From assembly GCA_965649765.1 (NCBI GenBank), contig OZ287757.1, positions 36,208,001-36,272,000 on the forward strand: 64,000 nt of DNA, given 5' to 3'. Source of the DNA: Bispira polyomma. Its lineage: Eukaryota. The notes below the pieces were generated by a model. The model was not told the DNA's origin and did not search any database. It worked only from the letters and a program-made list of their open reading frames with translations. The position numbers and the translations under genes are program-made. Every line of letters starts with the position of its first letter. Within the stretch, counting starts at the first letter, position 1. Shown in pieces: positions 12,183 to 25,400 of this stretch.

Positions 12183-13518
12183 CAGTTCTGCAAGCTGCCA
12201 AAATGGGATTTCCTGCATATTATTATTTTTTCCTTTTCTGGTAGACATATTATTGTCAAACAAAATATATTGGGATTTACTTTATATCAGGAATAGGGGA
12301 ACTTTCAAGTATTATTCAAGATCTGTTAAAACATCTACGTTTATTATCTAGATTATTTTGCAGTGACCAATAAATGTTTTCATTATTAGTAGATATATAC
12401 ATCCGTATATTATATTTTTAAATTGAACTTTGTAAACAGTTGTCAGTATACACTTTTTTTTCTGTCATTATGTTTACATATGTTTTGTAGTATATGTCAT
12501 TATTAAATAGTAAATTTTCAATAGGTAAATAAATCATTCAGTCCAAGAATATTTTTCTTATATACCGACCACAGGAACTTCTGTCCCTGAATGTTACTTC
12601 ATTGTTCAATGTTTATTGTATTTGTAACCACATTTTCTAATACACAAATATTAATATTACAAAGATATCTAAAATTTTAAATGAACAAATTAAAAAAAAT
12701 CCTGCTCCTTCTTGGGTGACTAGTCAGTACTGACATACTAAACATCTACCTTGGCAATACACAGATATTTGGGCCAAATAATTTGGTCAATAAGGACATA
12801 ACAATTTTTTGCAATACCATGCCATTGTAAAGATTGAAATAAAGTTGCAACTTGGCTGGGATTTGATAATTTTCTCTCTCGCTCACGAGGCGGATGTTTA
12901 TCTGGTGGACTAAAGGGAAATCCTGCAAGGTCAAGTTATTAATGCGCACATATGTACACTAGGATATTACACTATCCTACTCAACAAAATCCTACATGCT
13001 TGATTTCTGCTTTACCGCCGTTGTTAAGAGATGTGTATATATATATATTATACATACTGCTATAACTGAATTAGCAAGTCTAATTAAACACTCTAAGAAG
13101 GCATTTAAACCAGTTTCAAATTATTACATGCCCCATGAAGAAGCCCTTTACTGTGTTGTCTTTCTAAAAAATCATCGGCGCACAGTTTGAGTGACACCCC
13201 TCTGCTTGACTAGGTCAATTGCTTTCAACCAATCCATAAAGGTCTTGCATATTATTTCCAACATGGCGGCTGTACCTGATAATCACTTGATAATATAAAT
13301 ATAACAACCCTTAGTCGGCTTGATTACTTCCAACTGTTAGAATAGTTTTAGCTGCTGAATAAGAATTGCACTGGAGGTTTTGGTGCTGGGAGTTTACAAA
13401 CATTTGAAAACATCTGTGCACACAAGATAACAATATGAAAAGTTAACTGCTGGAAGAGGTTCCAAATTGGTCCAAAACCCAAGCTGGTTAATAATGCAGT
13501 TTGACACAGAGTAATGCC

Positions 13519-13800
13519 CTGATCCCACCAGCCGTCACGCTGGCAGTCATTAAAAAAAAAAAAAATTATGTAGGGTTTGCATGGTGTTTGCAGTGGTTAT
13601 TGTTGTAGACGTGCAAGTACATAATCTGACGTGGGAGATGTGATACAAGAAATTTCAAATGTTGAACCATTTATAATTTGGACAAGCAAACAATGTAAGA
13701 ATGTTGAGGGTAATTATTTGCATATTTGACTGTTGTGAGTATTCTAACATAATGATAAGTAACTACATGTAATGTAGCATACAAATACGTGGATAATTCC
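13519..13800 (+). mobile_element. Truncated copy of the GTCCCACCGG-terminus MITE family
   Basis: CTG|ATCCCACCAGCCGTCACGCTGGCAGTCATTA.. aligns with the left end of the element at 20768. Confidence 0.55.
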
Positions 13801-13869
13801 GGGCACACAAGTCTGTAAACGTGACTAGCATAGGTTAACAACAGTTAATATATCTTAACATAGATTTTA

Positions 13870-15058
13870 TGTAAACCTTAATCACACCTACAGGTGCTAA
13901 TGTCCCACAACGTAGCTTATGGCCTGTTCACACTTACACGTGCTAACATCCCACGACATAGTAAAGCACAATAAACTGAAAATGTGGTAGTTCCATGTCA
14001 AAGTGACGTCATTTTCATAAAGGTGCAGTCGATTGTGATGTTTTATTACGTGTTGTGACGATGTTTGTACTTATACACGCAGAGCGGGGCAAAAAATTGA
14101 ACACTATACTGGTAGGACATCACTACCTACTAGTACGTAGAGCTACTATACTTCTACTTACTGGTGCGTTATGCTGCGTTCAGCTACTTAGAGAAACGTT
14201 TCATGACAGATATTTGACAGTGGAGAAAAATATCACTACTTACTGCTACATTATGCTACTTATACAGACGAGCGAAGATGTCTTCGAAAAACAGAAACCT
14301 CTGCCACGATTATCTCCAACAGTTTGAAACAATTGTCCCACAGGACCAAAAGGAGACGTTTTCGGTAAGATATCATCCATTAAGCAATGTCATGGAACAA
14401 ATGCACCAGGAATCCTCACTTTGTCATTACTTTCTACTATGTTTTAAAACAGTTCAAAATGTCATACACACCTAGCTCCAGCACGTGTAGGTGTGACCAG
14501 GATTAAAGCAATATAAACTGAAAACATGGTAGATTTGTGTCAAAGTGACACCAGTTTCATAAAGGTGCAGTCGATTGTGACATTTTGTGACATTTTGTGA
14601 AAATGTTGGTACTTTTACACATGGAGCGGGGGCAAAAATCAAACACTTTACTGGTAGGATATCAATACTCACTACTAGGTAGAGCTACTGTCCTACTACT
14701 TACTGCTGCGTTCTGCTTCAAATTGAAACTTTTCTTGATGAATACAGATGAGTGAAGACAAACTCACTACTTACTTTTACGTTATGCTATGTTTTGCTAC
14801 CTTATGCTACTTATAAAGACAAGTGGAGACGTCCTCGAGAAACACCACAATTATTTGAAACAGTTTGAAATAATTGTGAGGGTGGACCAAACGGAGAAGT
14901 TTTCGGAACGATATGATCAAATAAGCAATGTCACGGAACGACGCACCAGGGATCCTCACTTTTGCATTACCTTTTACTACATTTATACTAAGTTTCAAAA
15001 CAGTTCAAACCATCACACATATGTAGCTCTAGCATGTCTACGTGTGACTAGGCTTTAA
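13870..15058. mobile_element. Tandem degenerate Harbinger-like non-autonomous elements (~540-bp unit x2)
   Basis: ataaactgaaaa..gtcaaagtgac..ttcataaaggtgcagtcgattgtga recurs at ~13971 and ~14512. Termini GGCCTGTTCACACTTACACGTGCT / AGCACGTGTAGGTGTGACCAGGA are inverted. Confidence 0.65.
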
Positions 15059-17214
15059 CGTACATTGGTATGTTCTTACAGTATGTCGAGTGAATATTTA
15101 TGTACTGGTTTCCCCCACCAATAAGCCTGGCCATCGCTATATAATCCAAGGCCAAAAAACCCCAAATAAATTCAAATTTCTAGGAGCTTGATATGCCCCA
15201 CAGTTTAGCCCTCAAAGAATGGATTTTATCTTTAGTATATTTATTGTTACATACTAAGCATAGTCTTCTTCCACATATAATATCCTAAGTACAAGTATTT
15301 AAACCTTTTGGTAAATGCCATATTCCAGTTTCTATTCTAAATGTAATAATACACCTATACACAATTAAGCAAAGAATGATTCATTAACGCTAACAATATA
15401 TAATAATAACATCTATCATTGTTTTGGGTTTATAATTAAAAGACATACTCAGAATTTATTTTTTTTGCTCATACCTTGTAAACAGTTAAATCTAGAGCTT
15501 TTATAGTTCCACAAAAGATCTTATTTTGTTAGTTTATCCGTACTTATTTTAAAAGTCTGTTTTAGAATATACATAATAATTACTTGGTAGCCAAAGTATT
15601 TCAACCATAAAAGCGGGTAGTGCACTGAATGTGTGTATCCCTTAAAAATCTATCATTGCCTTAATTTGGATAATATCACATTGACCAAGTTTTGTGAACT
15701 CCAAACTGAAAACATTCATCTAAGCCTACGCTTCAATAAGGTTACCCATATTTACTTTTTGTAAGCTACATATCATTTTGGCCATGTACTGTCTCCATTT
15801 TTCTTAAACAATCTGGCTGACCTCCTGATTTTTTCACTCTGTGACTGATACATTCTGATAGTGTAACAGACGTCTGCTGACATCTGATCGAATCTGATGC
15901 AAATTTGTTGAAAAGAAGCAGTTCCTAACATTTACAGTGACTGCAATATTCGACATTGGCCAAGAAATATCGGCTGAAAGGAAGCCTAGGCTAAGAACAC
16001 TCTGATTTGTATGTTGAATATAGAGGACTATGTTTTATGTCTTACATCCCAGGATTGTCTTTAGTCAACCCCCCAAAAGCACTAGCATCAGAATCTTTAT
16101 ACACAGTGTTTATACATTGTTTACATGTTTATATTTACTTATATTTACTAGTATAATAAAGTAATAACTCATGACAAGCCAAAAAATACAATAATTTTTA
16201 ACATGATTGGAGGCGTAGTTATACCTTTTGCATAGCTTATATAAGTGTTATTTCACTTTTGCATGTGATTTTAAATCAAATATCTTCGAGACCCTTGCAT
16301 GATTAACATAATTCGTTGGAACCAGGGCATAAAGTATGGATCTAGATATATATATATATATAGTATGTATAGGTATTTATGAGTGACACAACCCTAAATA
16401 AGGATTACTCACCTGAATGACATGGTTATATCTTATACAAGTGAACAAAGTGAGTTCAATTGGCATTTAACCAATGAAATATTTAAAGTTTTAAGTATTG
16501 ACGAATATTATGATGATTAGAAGGGTAACATATCCATTAAAGCTATTTTCTCCTGGGAAGTAGACTTGAGTGTGATATATGGAGATATAGAGTCTTCCAA
16601 CATAACCACACCTCCTAAAGTAATATTCAGCACCATTCCATAGTACACTTAGAATATCTCCACAGTGTTTAAACACAGCCACAGAAAGACTACTCACCAC
16701 TAATTTCACCCCCTCTCCATTCCCCCAGACAAAGTTTGGACCAGAGTCAGTTTTAAACCACGCCCACAACCGTCCATTGTCATAGCCTAATTATAGAGTA
16801 TTAATCTGTCTAACTTACATATTTTTATCTGTGTAAGCTTTTAATAAATTAAGCTACCCAAAGTCTGTTAATACTCACATTACCTTGATAACAGTAATAG
16901 AGTGACACTCCTACATTGTATGGCTAAGCCACCGTCTCACTGTTTGCAGTGGGACCACTTGATCCAATCACTCAAAGGTCATTAATTCTAGCCCAACGTC
17001 ACTACTGTGACAGGCTACTATATTAATTGAGATATCTAGCTGTGTAGAGAGGGAGAGAGACAAGCAAACAAGTCAGATGGGAGTAACACCCAGGGTTTTT
17101 ATTACACCTGGAACAATTGTGCTACAAACATGAGATATGATGAATTAATAAAGTCAAAGTGTTTTATATTCAACTGTGAAAATGTATTCTCCCTGTATTA
17201 GGAAATACAGTGAA

Positions 17215-17249
<35 letters not shown>

Positions 17250-19000
17250 ACGGTGATATAGGACATACCAATTCTGAAGAGCTGTAAGTACTGATGCAAC
17301 ATTGTTACGGAGGCAAAGTTCAATATCAAGAATATAAATCTATACAATTTTCTGAATATTCAACCAATGGTATAATTATTTGAGATGCCATCTTATATTT
17401 GCTAGTAGTCATAGAGGCAGTGTGTGTTGTATTTAAATAGAACATATAAGGCTTGATGGATGACACAGCCTGTGAACAATTAATTGGTTAAAAATTATGC
17501 ACTACCCAGAAACATAAAGTGACTATCAGATGGTTGTAAATCTCTTCTGTGTCAGTTTAACCATGATGAATATTGTGAAACTGTATGGATAGTAACCTGC
17601 TATGTTTCCATAAATAAATGAGAAGATGCCCAGCAACCATGTTTGTCAGTAATGGCTTGTCAACCGGTCCACAAGAAGACCTGCAGCACCTGCTGCCCCT
17701 CACCAATGCCAAGCGAGTGAAATTATCAATAAACTGGTTACACATCCCTATCAAGCCATTAAGTGTCGACAGACAGGCAGGGTGGAGAACTCAACACCGC
17801 TCCAGGCATCAATGGGGATCTAAACTCACCTACTTTACTATTTATGTATTGCTGGTACATATCACAAGCCACAACTTCTTTCACCAGTGAACCACGGCAC
17901 TACTTTAAGCCCCCGGCCTACAGGACTGTAACGAAAAAAGAGATTTATTCATTTATGGAATAACTTTTAAACACTGCTTGAAATAATATCTAAAATCATT
18001 ACTTTCAGGTAATAAAAAAGTATAATATATATATATTTACATATATAATTTACAAATTGTATAACTGATAACTAAATTGATGGCAATGCTTATAATATTT
18101 CAATACTACAACTTTGTGTTAGTTATGTTATACAACTAATTTAAAATGTACAGCCACAAAGTGGGTAAGAATACTTAAGTTCATTGTACATTTTGTGAAG
18201 TTTCATGACGTTTTTTTGACAAATCTGAAACAGATCAAAATATATCAGAAACAGCTACCTTATTACTACCTACTACTAGGTAGTGCTACGTACTGTTACC
18301 TAATGTTACTGAATTCTACTTAATGTTACTTAAGGCTGACCAATGGTACTTAATTATGCTACAATTATGAAATGATTGCAATTTCTGAAATGTATCTGGG
18401 ACTAGAACGAATGCAGACTTATCGCCACAACATTGGAAGGAATTGTCGTTTTGTGGGATGTTTCAAATACTTTCAAAAATATAGTACTATTTGCTAAACG
18501 GTGAGGTGTAACTGGGTTAACATGTTTAAAAGAAATACAATTTAAATGAAGTTGACAAATGATTGCATGATCTATGACATCCTGAAACTATGATTTGACT
18601 TTGGACTCCGTTTCTCTAAGATGATGGTACATGCACAACATTCAGTGATAGTGCAGATATAAAGCAGAAATTCTAACACACTGAGATTGTGCCGCCGATT
18701 CTGGTTCAGGAGAAAAGTCTTCAATTTGTTTATTTTAATTAATATAATAATATAAACTAGTGTAGTATCAACTAAAACAGATGAACCCAAAGAATAATTC
18801 CAAAACAAGAACTCAACCGAAACATTTTTCTTGACAAACTAATTAATTAATGTGTGTATCAGTTTCAGACAAATTTCCTCGTTTTACAAGTATAACCCAC
18901 GCCTACGTCCAGGCTAAAATAACAACGAGAGAATTGACGTCCTCACTGGACAAATAATACTGATAACTCGACGACAGTACTGGGTCACATGTATAAATCT

Positions 19001-19019
19001 AAAATCGAAAGTGAAAGTG
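19001..19019 (+). promoter_or_regulatory. IRF-E/ISRE-type element upstream of MIEAP-like gene B
   Basis: AAAATC-GAAAGT-GAAAGTG, three phased hexamers ~460 bp upstream of ATG 19477; CRE-like TGACGTC at 18935-18941. Confidence 0.6.
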
Positions 19020-19476
19020 ATCAGATGGCTATCAATAGAAATTCAATACACAGTGCGAGAAGTCGCTTGTCACTAGACCAGTGGGTGTACGTAATAGTAT
19101 AATAACAAACACATACAGTGTATCAACAGACCTTAACATTAAAGTTTCTTTTTTTGTTCGGTGGAAATATATATATGTTGTATGTGTACAATGAACCTCT
19201 CTCTCTATATATAGTGACAGTATATTGAAAATAAAGCTGCAGTTATATAATTAATTAGTCAGTGTACTGTGTCGGTGAACACTTTCTCCAGGGATTAGTT
19301 TCAGTTGGGATAGTGGGCATACAAAATACCAAATGAAAATTTTTGATATTTTATGCTAAAAACCTAACAAATAGTGAACATTAATTTCAGTGAGCTTCTC
19401 GAAAAAAAGAGAGAGAATAATAATATCACATGACCAAAGTGGTGATATATAGGGCCTGACAACATCAGAGTTTACT

Positions 19477-22400
19477 ATGGGCAATTGCTGCTCTTGGTTG
19501 CTGGGCAACGATAATGACTCAGAAAACGTAGGCTTCGTGGCGAGTGCAGAAAGCCATGGAGTCTATCAACCTACCAGAGGCCAAACTGTGCCGCCAAGCC
19601 AAGAGTCCAAGCAGAAGATTCAGGAGCAGGGGAAATTGATAGCAAGCTTACAAGAGGACAAGAAATCGTTGGATGAAATGGTACAGCATTTCAAATTAGG
19701 GAAAGACCAGGCTGTGAGTGAATGTAAGCAGAAGGATGACAAAATTCGGAAGCAGGGCGGTGTGATAGAGAGATTAAAGGATGACAACAAATCCTTGAAT
19801 AATCAGGTAGACAAGATCAAATCGGAGAAGAAATTTGCTGAAAATGCATTTAAGAAGAAGTTATCTGAAATAACAGACAGGTGGGTACAATTTGTGAATT
19901 GTTGTGTGTATGGTTGTGTGCTTGGGTGTGTTTGTCTCGTGAAAGGTTGTGTGTATGGTGTGCTAGTGTGTGTTTGTCTAGTGAAAGACTCTATGTATGC
20001 GGAATCAAAAACCAGAACATTTACAAGTTTACTATCAATCACAGAAAATGTTCAGGGGATCAAGCTTGATGTGCAGCCTTCTAGTCTGACTTCTATGGGT
20101 CTTGGCTGTTAATAAACTTTTCTGCATTACATCTGTGTGACTTAATTCAAATGAAGTAATGTTGAAGTCCTTTTATATGTCGGTAACATGTACTTGTGAC
20201 CATTTATTTTAATAGAGCTTTAAGTGCTCAACTTAAACAATCAGTCAGATTAAAACCTCACCCAAGCCAGAGATATGTGCTCTTTAAATTTGAGGTTGAG
20301 TTGAGCTTGAAATCTTTCAAGAATATGGTCCTTGGATCAAACTATATTATAAACTTCATAATTGAGTATTTACTCAATCTACAGCTATTTCATACAGTAA
20401 GTGTGGGGCATTGACATCTCCAGTGGCATTATTTTGACTTTGATGATAGAGTTATGGCCTGTGCCTTAAAAATCATGTGCGCATCACATATCTTTTAATC
20501 TATGGTTGATACAAATATTTTACCTTTGGCAAAAGTCACTTGCCCCAAAAGTCATAAAGTTAGTCTGGTCCCCGGTTCGAATCCCTGTTGGGGGAGTTGG
20601 TCTGGTTGTGGCAAGGTGCCTGGTTTGGATCCTAATAATGCTGCTATGTTTATTGGTGGGCTAACAAGCATTGGGTAAGATGTGAATATGCCACTGCCTA
20701 CTAATTACCACCCAGGCTATGTTGTAGGACCATCCCTTCTCGGAAAGAACGGGCACCTTATGTCCTGGTCCCACCGGCCGTCACGTTTGCTGTCCTTAGA
20801 AAATTAATTTGCGTAGTTTTTGCGTGGTATTTGCAGGAGCTAAACTTGTGTTTTTGCATGAGCATTGTGACAGTTCGCGTAGTGTAACAGCTATATATGT
20901 CACAATGGATGAATGTCACTATGATGCAAAACTTGCAAATTGACGGAAGAACATGTACATAAACGTGTATTGACTTACTTCTGCGACAGATTAAGTAGAA
21001 TTACTTAGATATAATGTACTAAATGACGAGGTTTAACATAAATTAACGTACTTTAACGTAAAAAATTACGTCCTCTTACGTGTATTGGCCTACATATACA
21101 TGCTATATGAGGGATAAAATATGTACTTTGACGTGCACTTAAGCATCCCCTGTGAGACCTAACAGGTTTTAACGTACAAATACGTAAATTACTGACTCCT
21201 TTCACGTGAGAAAACGCAATATTTGGGCTTTGCATCAACTTTGCAGCAACTATTTACACGGCCCTTGCGTGAAATACATAAACTAACATACATCCGGTGG
21301 GACCAGGCCATTAGAGGATGATATAGAAATACAGTGCTACATAAATGCTTCAAAAAATTGTCCACTTGTATTTTATTTAAAATTGAAGACTGTCGAAAGA
21401 AATGGAAGCTAAAGTGGCCGCCAATGAGTCAGACTTGGAGAATGTCTCTATAAAGAACCGGCCGATGAATGTGGCGGAGCAATACCAGCTCTTGATGAGT
21501 AACCAATGGTTTGATGCCAAGACAACCCTAGATGAATGTAGCCCCAATACCTCTGAATGGGAGAAAGTCTACCTGCTCAACCGGATTATAGTGGTAAGAT
21601 CATCTGTAATATCAATAAACATTAGTGTGTTTGTTGAAAGGGTTGCTGCATCTTCATGTCAGAACTAATATTATAATTTTTTTTTGTTTTACAAGCAAAT
21701 ATATGAGTATTTCATTTTCAGATATAAAATAATTTATTACAAAAAATGAATCAATTAAACATTATGGAATAAAGTTCCCATAATCACAATATTAGGGGAA
21801 AAGGTTTTTTTATTTATTTTAGCAATAGGTTATTGTTCCATATAGGCTGTTTTGAACTTCTTTTGGAAGGCACATATATTTATACTTTTGTAATTTGTTG
21901 CACAATGGAAAATGTATTTCTTAACTCTCAAAATTAATAAATTGATTGGTTCATCAAATTTATCAGAAGATGTATACCCGAAAATTATTTGTTTCTCATC
22001 ACTGAATTGTAATAGCCAGTCGTAGTCTAACCTTGTGTATATTGAGTTCCAAAGATTTACTGCAAAAGCAAAACAGGTGCTCAATTGTTTCTGTGTGGCT
22101 ATTACATAACCTACACATACTAGAGTCCTCATAATTGTGAAGTAATGTCTAACACCAATAATTCTATTCAGGATTTTGTATTGCATCCAGGTAAGCGAAA
22201 CTTCATATGAAAATTTGAAAAACACCTATATTATTTATATATAATATTTTTCTAAATCGTCATTTAGGTCTTCATGAAAAATTTCATTCCACTTTTTTTA
22301 AACTTGGCTACAAAAGGAGCTTTGTTGAGCATGTTATATATATGACCAGCACTTTTTTGTTTTTTTTTCCAGTGAAGTTTTTACCTGATAAGGAATTGCA

Positions 22401-25400
22401 GGTACAACTAATTGATGCTAAGTTTGGTTCTATAATAATAATATTTTTTTTATATTTTTGAGTTTGTACATACTTTTTAGTTACGCCATACACATAAAGT
22501 GACCATTTTTATTTAGTAAATCACCTACATATCTAATGCCATGATCAAACCAAGTTGAATAAAATATGCAATGCCTACTGATCATGTTGTTGTGCCAAAG
22601 TGAACTGTATAAAATGTCATTAAGAGACTCCACTACACATGTGTCTGTCACACTTTGCCACAACTTAAACACATCACACCAGAAAGGATTTTTTGTCTTG
22701 TTACAAATTTGTTTACACCATGAAGAACCAAAATACCGCTAATTCATAACAAAAGTTTAGTTTATAATTAAGTTTAGCCCAAGGTGCATCTGAATCTGTT
22801 ATTAATCTTCTGATCCAAGTCATAATGACTTTATGAAGCCTACCATTTAAATGCCCGTTCACAACCAATTTTTGGTTTACTTTCTCAGTTTTCCATCCCA
22901 CCAAAAATTATAATTTAAATAATTTAAAGATTTAATAATGGTAGGAGAGGGATTTGGGATATAAATATGTGATTCAATTTTGAAATGATAAGTATTTTAA
23001 TAAGAATAGACAATATAAAAGAACATATAATGAATAAATATGGAGATTGAGGGTTCCTTAGGCAGCCACATTTACTTTGGAAAGGTTCAGATAGGACACC
23101 ACATTGGATTACTGAGGCCTTGATGTTAATGTTAAAACCTTTGATCCTATGCATAAATCCTTGACAAAAGCCTAAATAATTCTAAAAAAAACATTATAAA
23201 GAAAAGTCCATGAAACTGAGTCAAGCGCTTTTTCAAAGTCGATAAGCATTAGCAGACCTTCTTTTTCATACGTTTCAGTATAGTGCATAATGTCTTATAC
23301 TAAATGGGTAGAATTTTGTTAATTGTATGATCTAAAACAGGTTTCAATCGGTTTGCTATAGAAAGTGATGCTATTTTATATATGACACATAGTAACAAGA
23401 TCGCACACCAATTCTTTAAGCAAGACCGGTGTTTGTTGCCTTTCAGAAGACATGAAATAATGCAATGCCTTAGAGTAAGTGGCATTTCCCCTCTTAGATA
23501 GCTGAGATTAATTGCTTTGTAAATGAAGTACTTCAATTTGCCCCAAAAATATTCAGCTGGAAATGCATCAATTCCTGGTGTTTTACCATTTTTATACTTT
23601 TATAGCTTGTCCCAGCTCCTGTAGTGTAAGCTGACCTTATAAAGATTGTCCTTGTTCATCGTTTAATCTATTATTGTTGATATTCTTAAGCAATGCTTTT
23701 TAATTAACATCCTTTGGTTCATCAGAATGATTGTTGAACAAAGTTTCATAAAATACTTTTGTTTCTTTCAAAATGTTCATTGATGACCCTTCCGTCTTCC
23801 TTTTTAATGCATCTAATAGTTTTTTTCTAAAAATGATGATCTAATGAACAAAAATATTTGCTTGGTTTCTTTGCATTTTGTAACCATTGCATACAAAGTC
23901 TCACAATTTGACCCTTTAGCCTTTCCTGTCTCAATGCTTCTTACTCATCTTTTTTTGTCGTCAAGTAAATTTATTACAGCAGAAATATTGCAACATTTTT
24001 TTATCATTTATTTCTTCTTGCAGTTGCTTTTCTTTAAAGCTTTTACATTTTTTTAAGTAACTAGCAAATTTGATAGTATCTCTGTATATCCTCATCAATG
24101 TTTCTAAGAATAAATTGTAGGCAAAACAATCCCTCACAGATCCTAGAATCCAGTTCCAATATGTACTTTCTATAATATAGTAGAGTAAGAAACCTGCAAT
24201 TGGCCACTTTTTCCATGATTTGGACACATTTTGTTGCATAATTAAGTCACAACTGCATGTATTTTGGTTATATTTGACACAGTACTGCCAAAACACCATT
24301 GAATATATATATTATACTTATTAGTTGCTGTAGGAACAGGTTAAATAAAGTGGTTAAAGTGGTCATTTTATAAAAATACAGAGGAACCTGAAATTGGCCA
24401 CTTTGAAACATTCTATTGTAATTTGTCACTTATGTACTTTATGAATCACTATTGACACTACCAAAGTCAATTGCAGTTATAGCTCAGTTGGTAGCACTCC
24501 TGTGGGAACATTTTTGTCAATTACAGGCAGTAATCCAAAGGTTGCTGGTTCTATTCTAGAAGGGGGCAAGATTTTTTTTTTAATATTTTTCTTTAATTAC
24601 AGGCAGTAATCCAAAGTATGACAGTTCTATACTTGAAGAGAGCAAGTTTTTTTTATAAAGATAGGGTTTAGGTATGTGTATCATACACAAACAATTATGG
24701 AACAAACACTCTGACATTTATAACTTTATGTACATTTCTGTGAGCTGTATTGATTTTTTTAATGTGTTTATTAGCTAGCCACAGTATATTTCTTTAATTT
24801 TTTGTACTATCTGAGAGGTAGGTTAAATCTAAAAGATGTATAATAATTCAACCACAATTTTATTTCATAAAATCTTTAATATTATAAATATGAAATGAAC
24901 AAATAATATCTCACAATAAATACATTTTAACATATCAAAAGTAAGAGAAATTAAAATTATTTAATTGTGTAAGAATAGAATAATTACATCTTATGCTTTA
25001 GTGTAAATCTATTATGGTGTGTAATTCGAAAAGATTTGGTTTTTTAAATATTAAATGATTTAGTGTATTACAAATATGAGAAATAACACACAAATATGGG
25101 AGTTTGCCACTTGAGTTAAATTGTTTAGTATTCCTCGCATCAGTTTGTGAGATAAATCTTTACTATGTTGTAAAAAGATATTATCCTATCACTCTGCTTC
25201 AAGACAAATCTAGTTTTGTGCACTAGCATTTGCCAGATACACAAGTAAAAATAAAGAAATGTAATCAAAGATTAGTTGAAAGGTTAGAAAAAAAAATAAG
25301 GCTGGGATTTTTTTTTGATTTTGTAAGTTATACATAGTTACATTGTTTTATTTAAATTTTAAAACAAGGTGTGAAATTTTTACATGATAAAGTGTTGTGA

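Noticed and set aside
17557-17963. Short overlapping ORFs and a nearby donor-like GTAAGT (17284)
   Set aside because: No recognisable motifs or consistent exon chain; a lncRNA cannot be supported from sequence alone.
19881-20112. Cys-rich tail (CCVYGCVLGCVC) of the 211-aa ORF
   Set aside because: Intron read-through over a GT-rich duplicated tract after the AG|GTGGGT donor; the spliced frame matches paralogue A.
24478-24570. Functional tRNA-Tyr
   Set aside because: The acceptor and anticodon stems cannot be formed; relic only.
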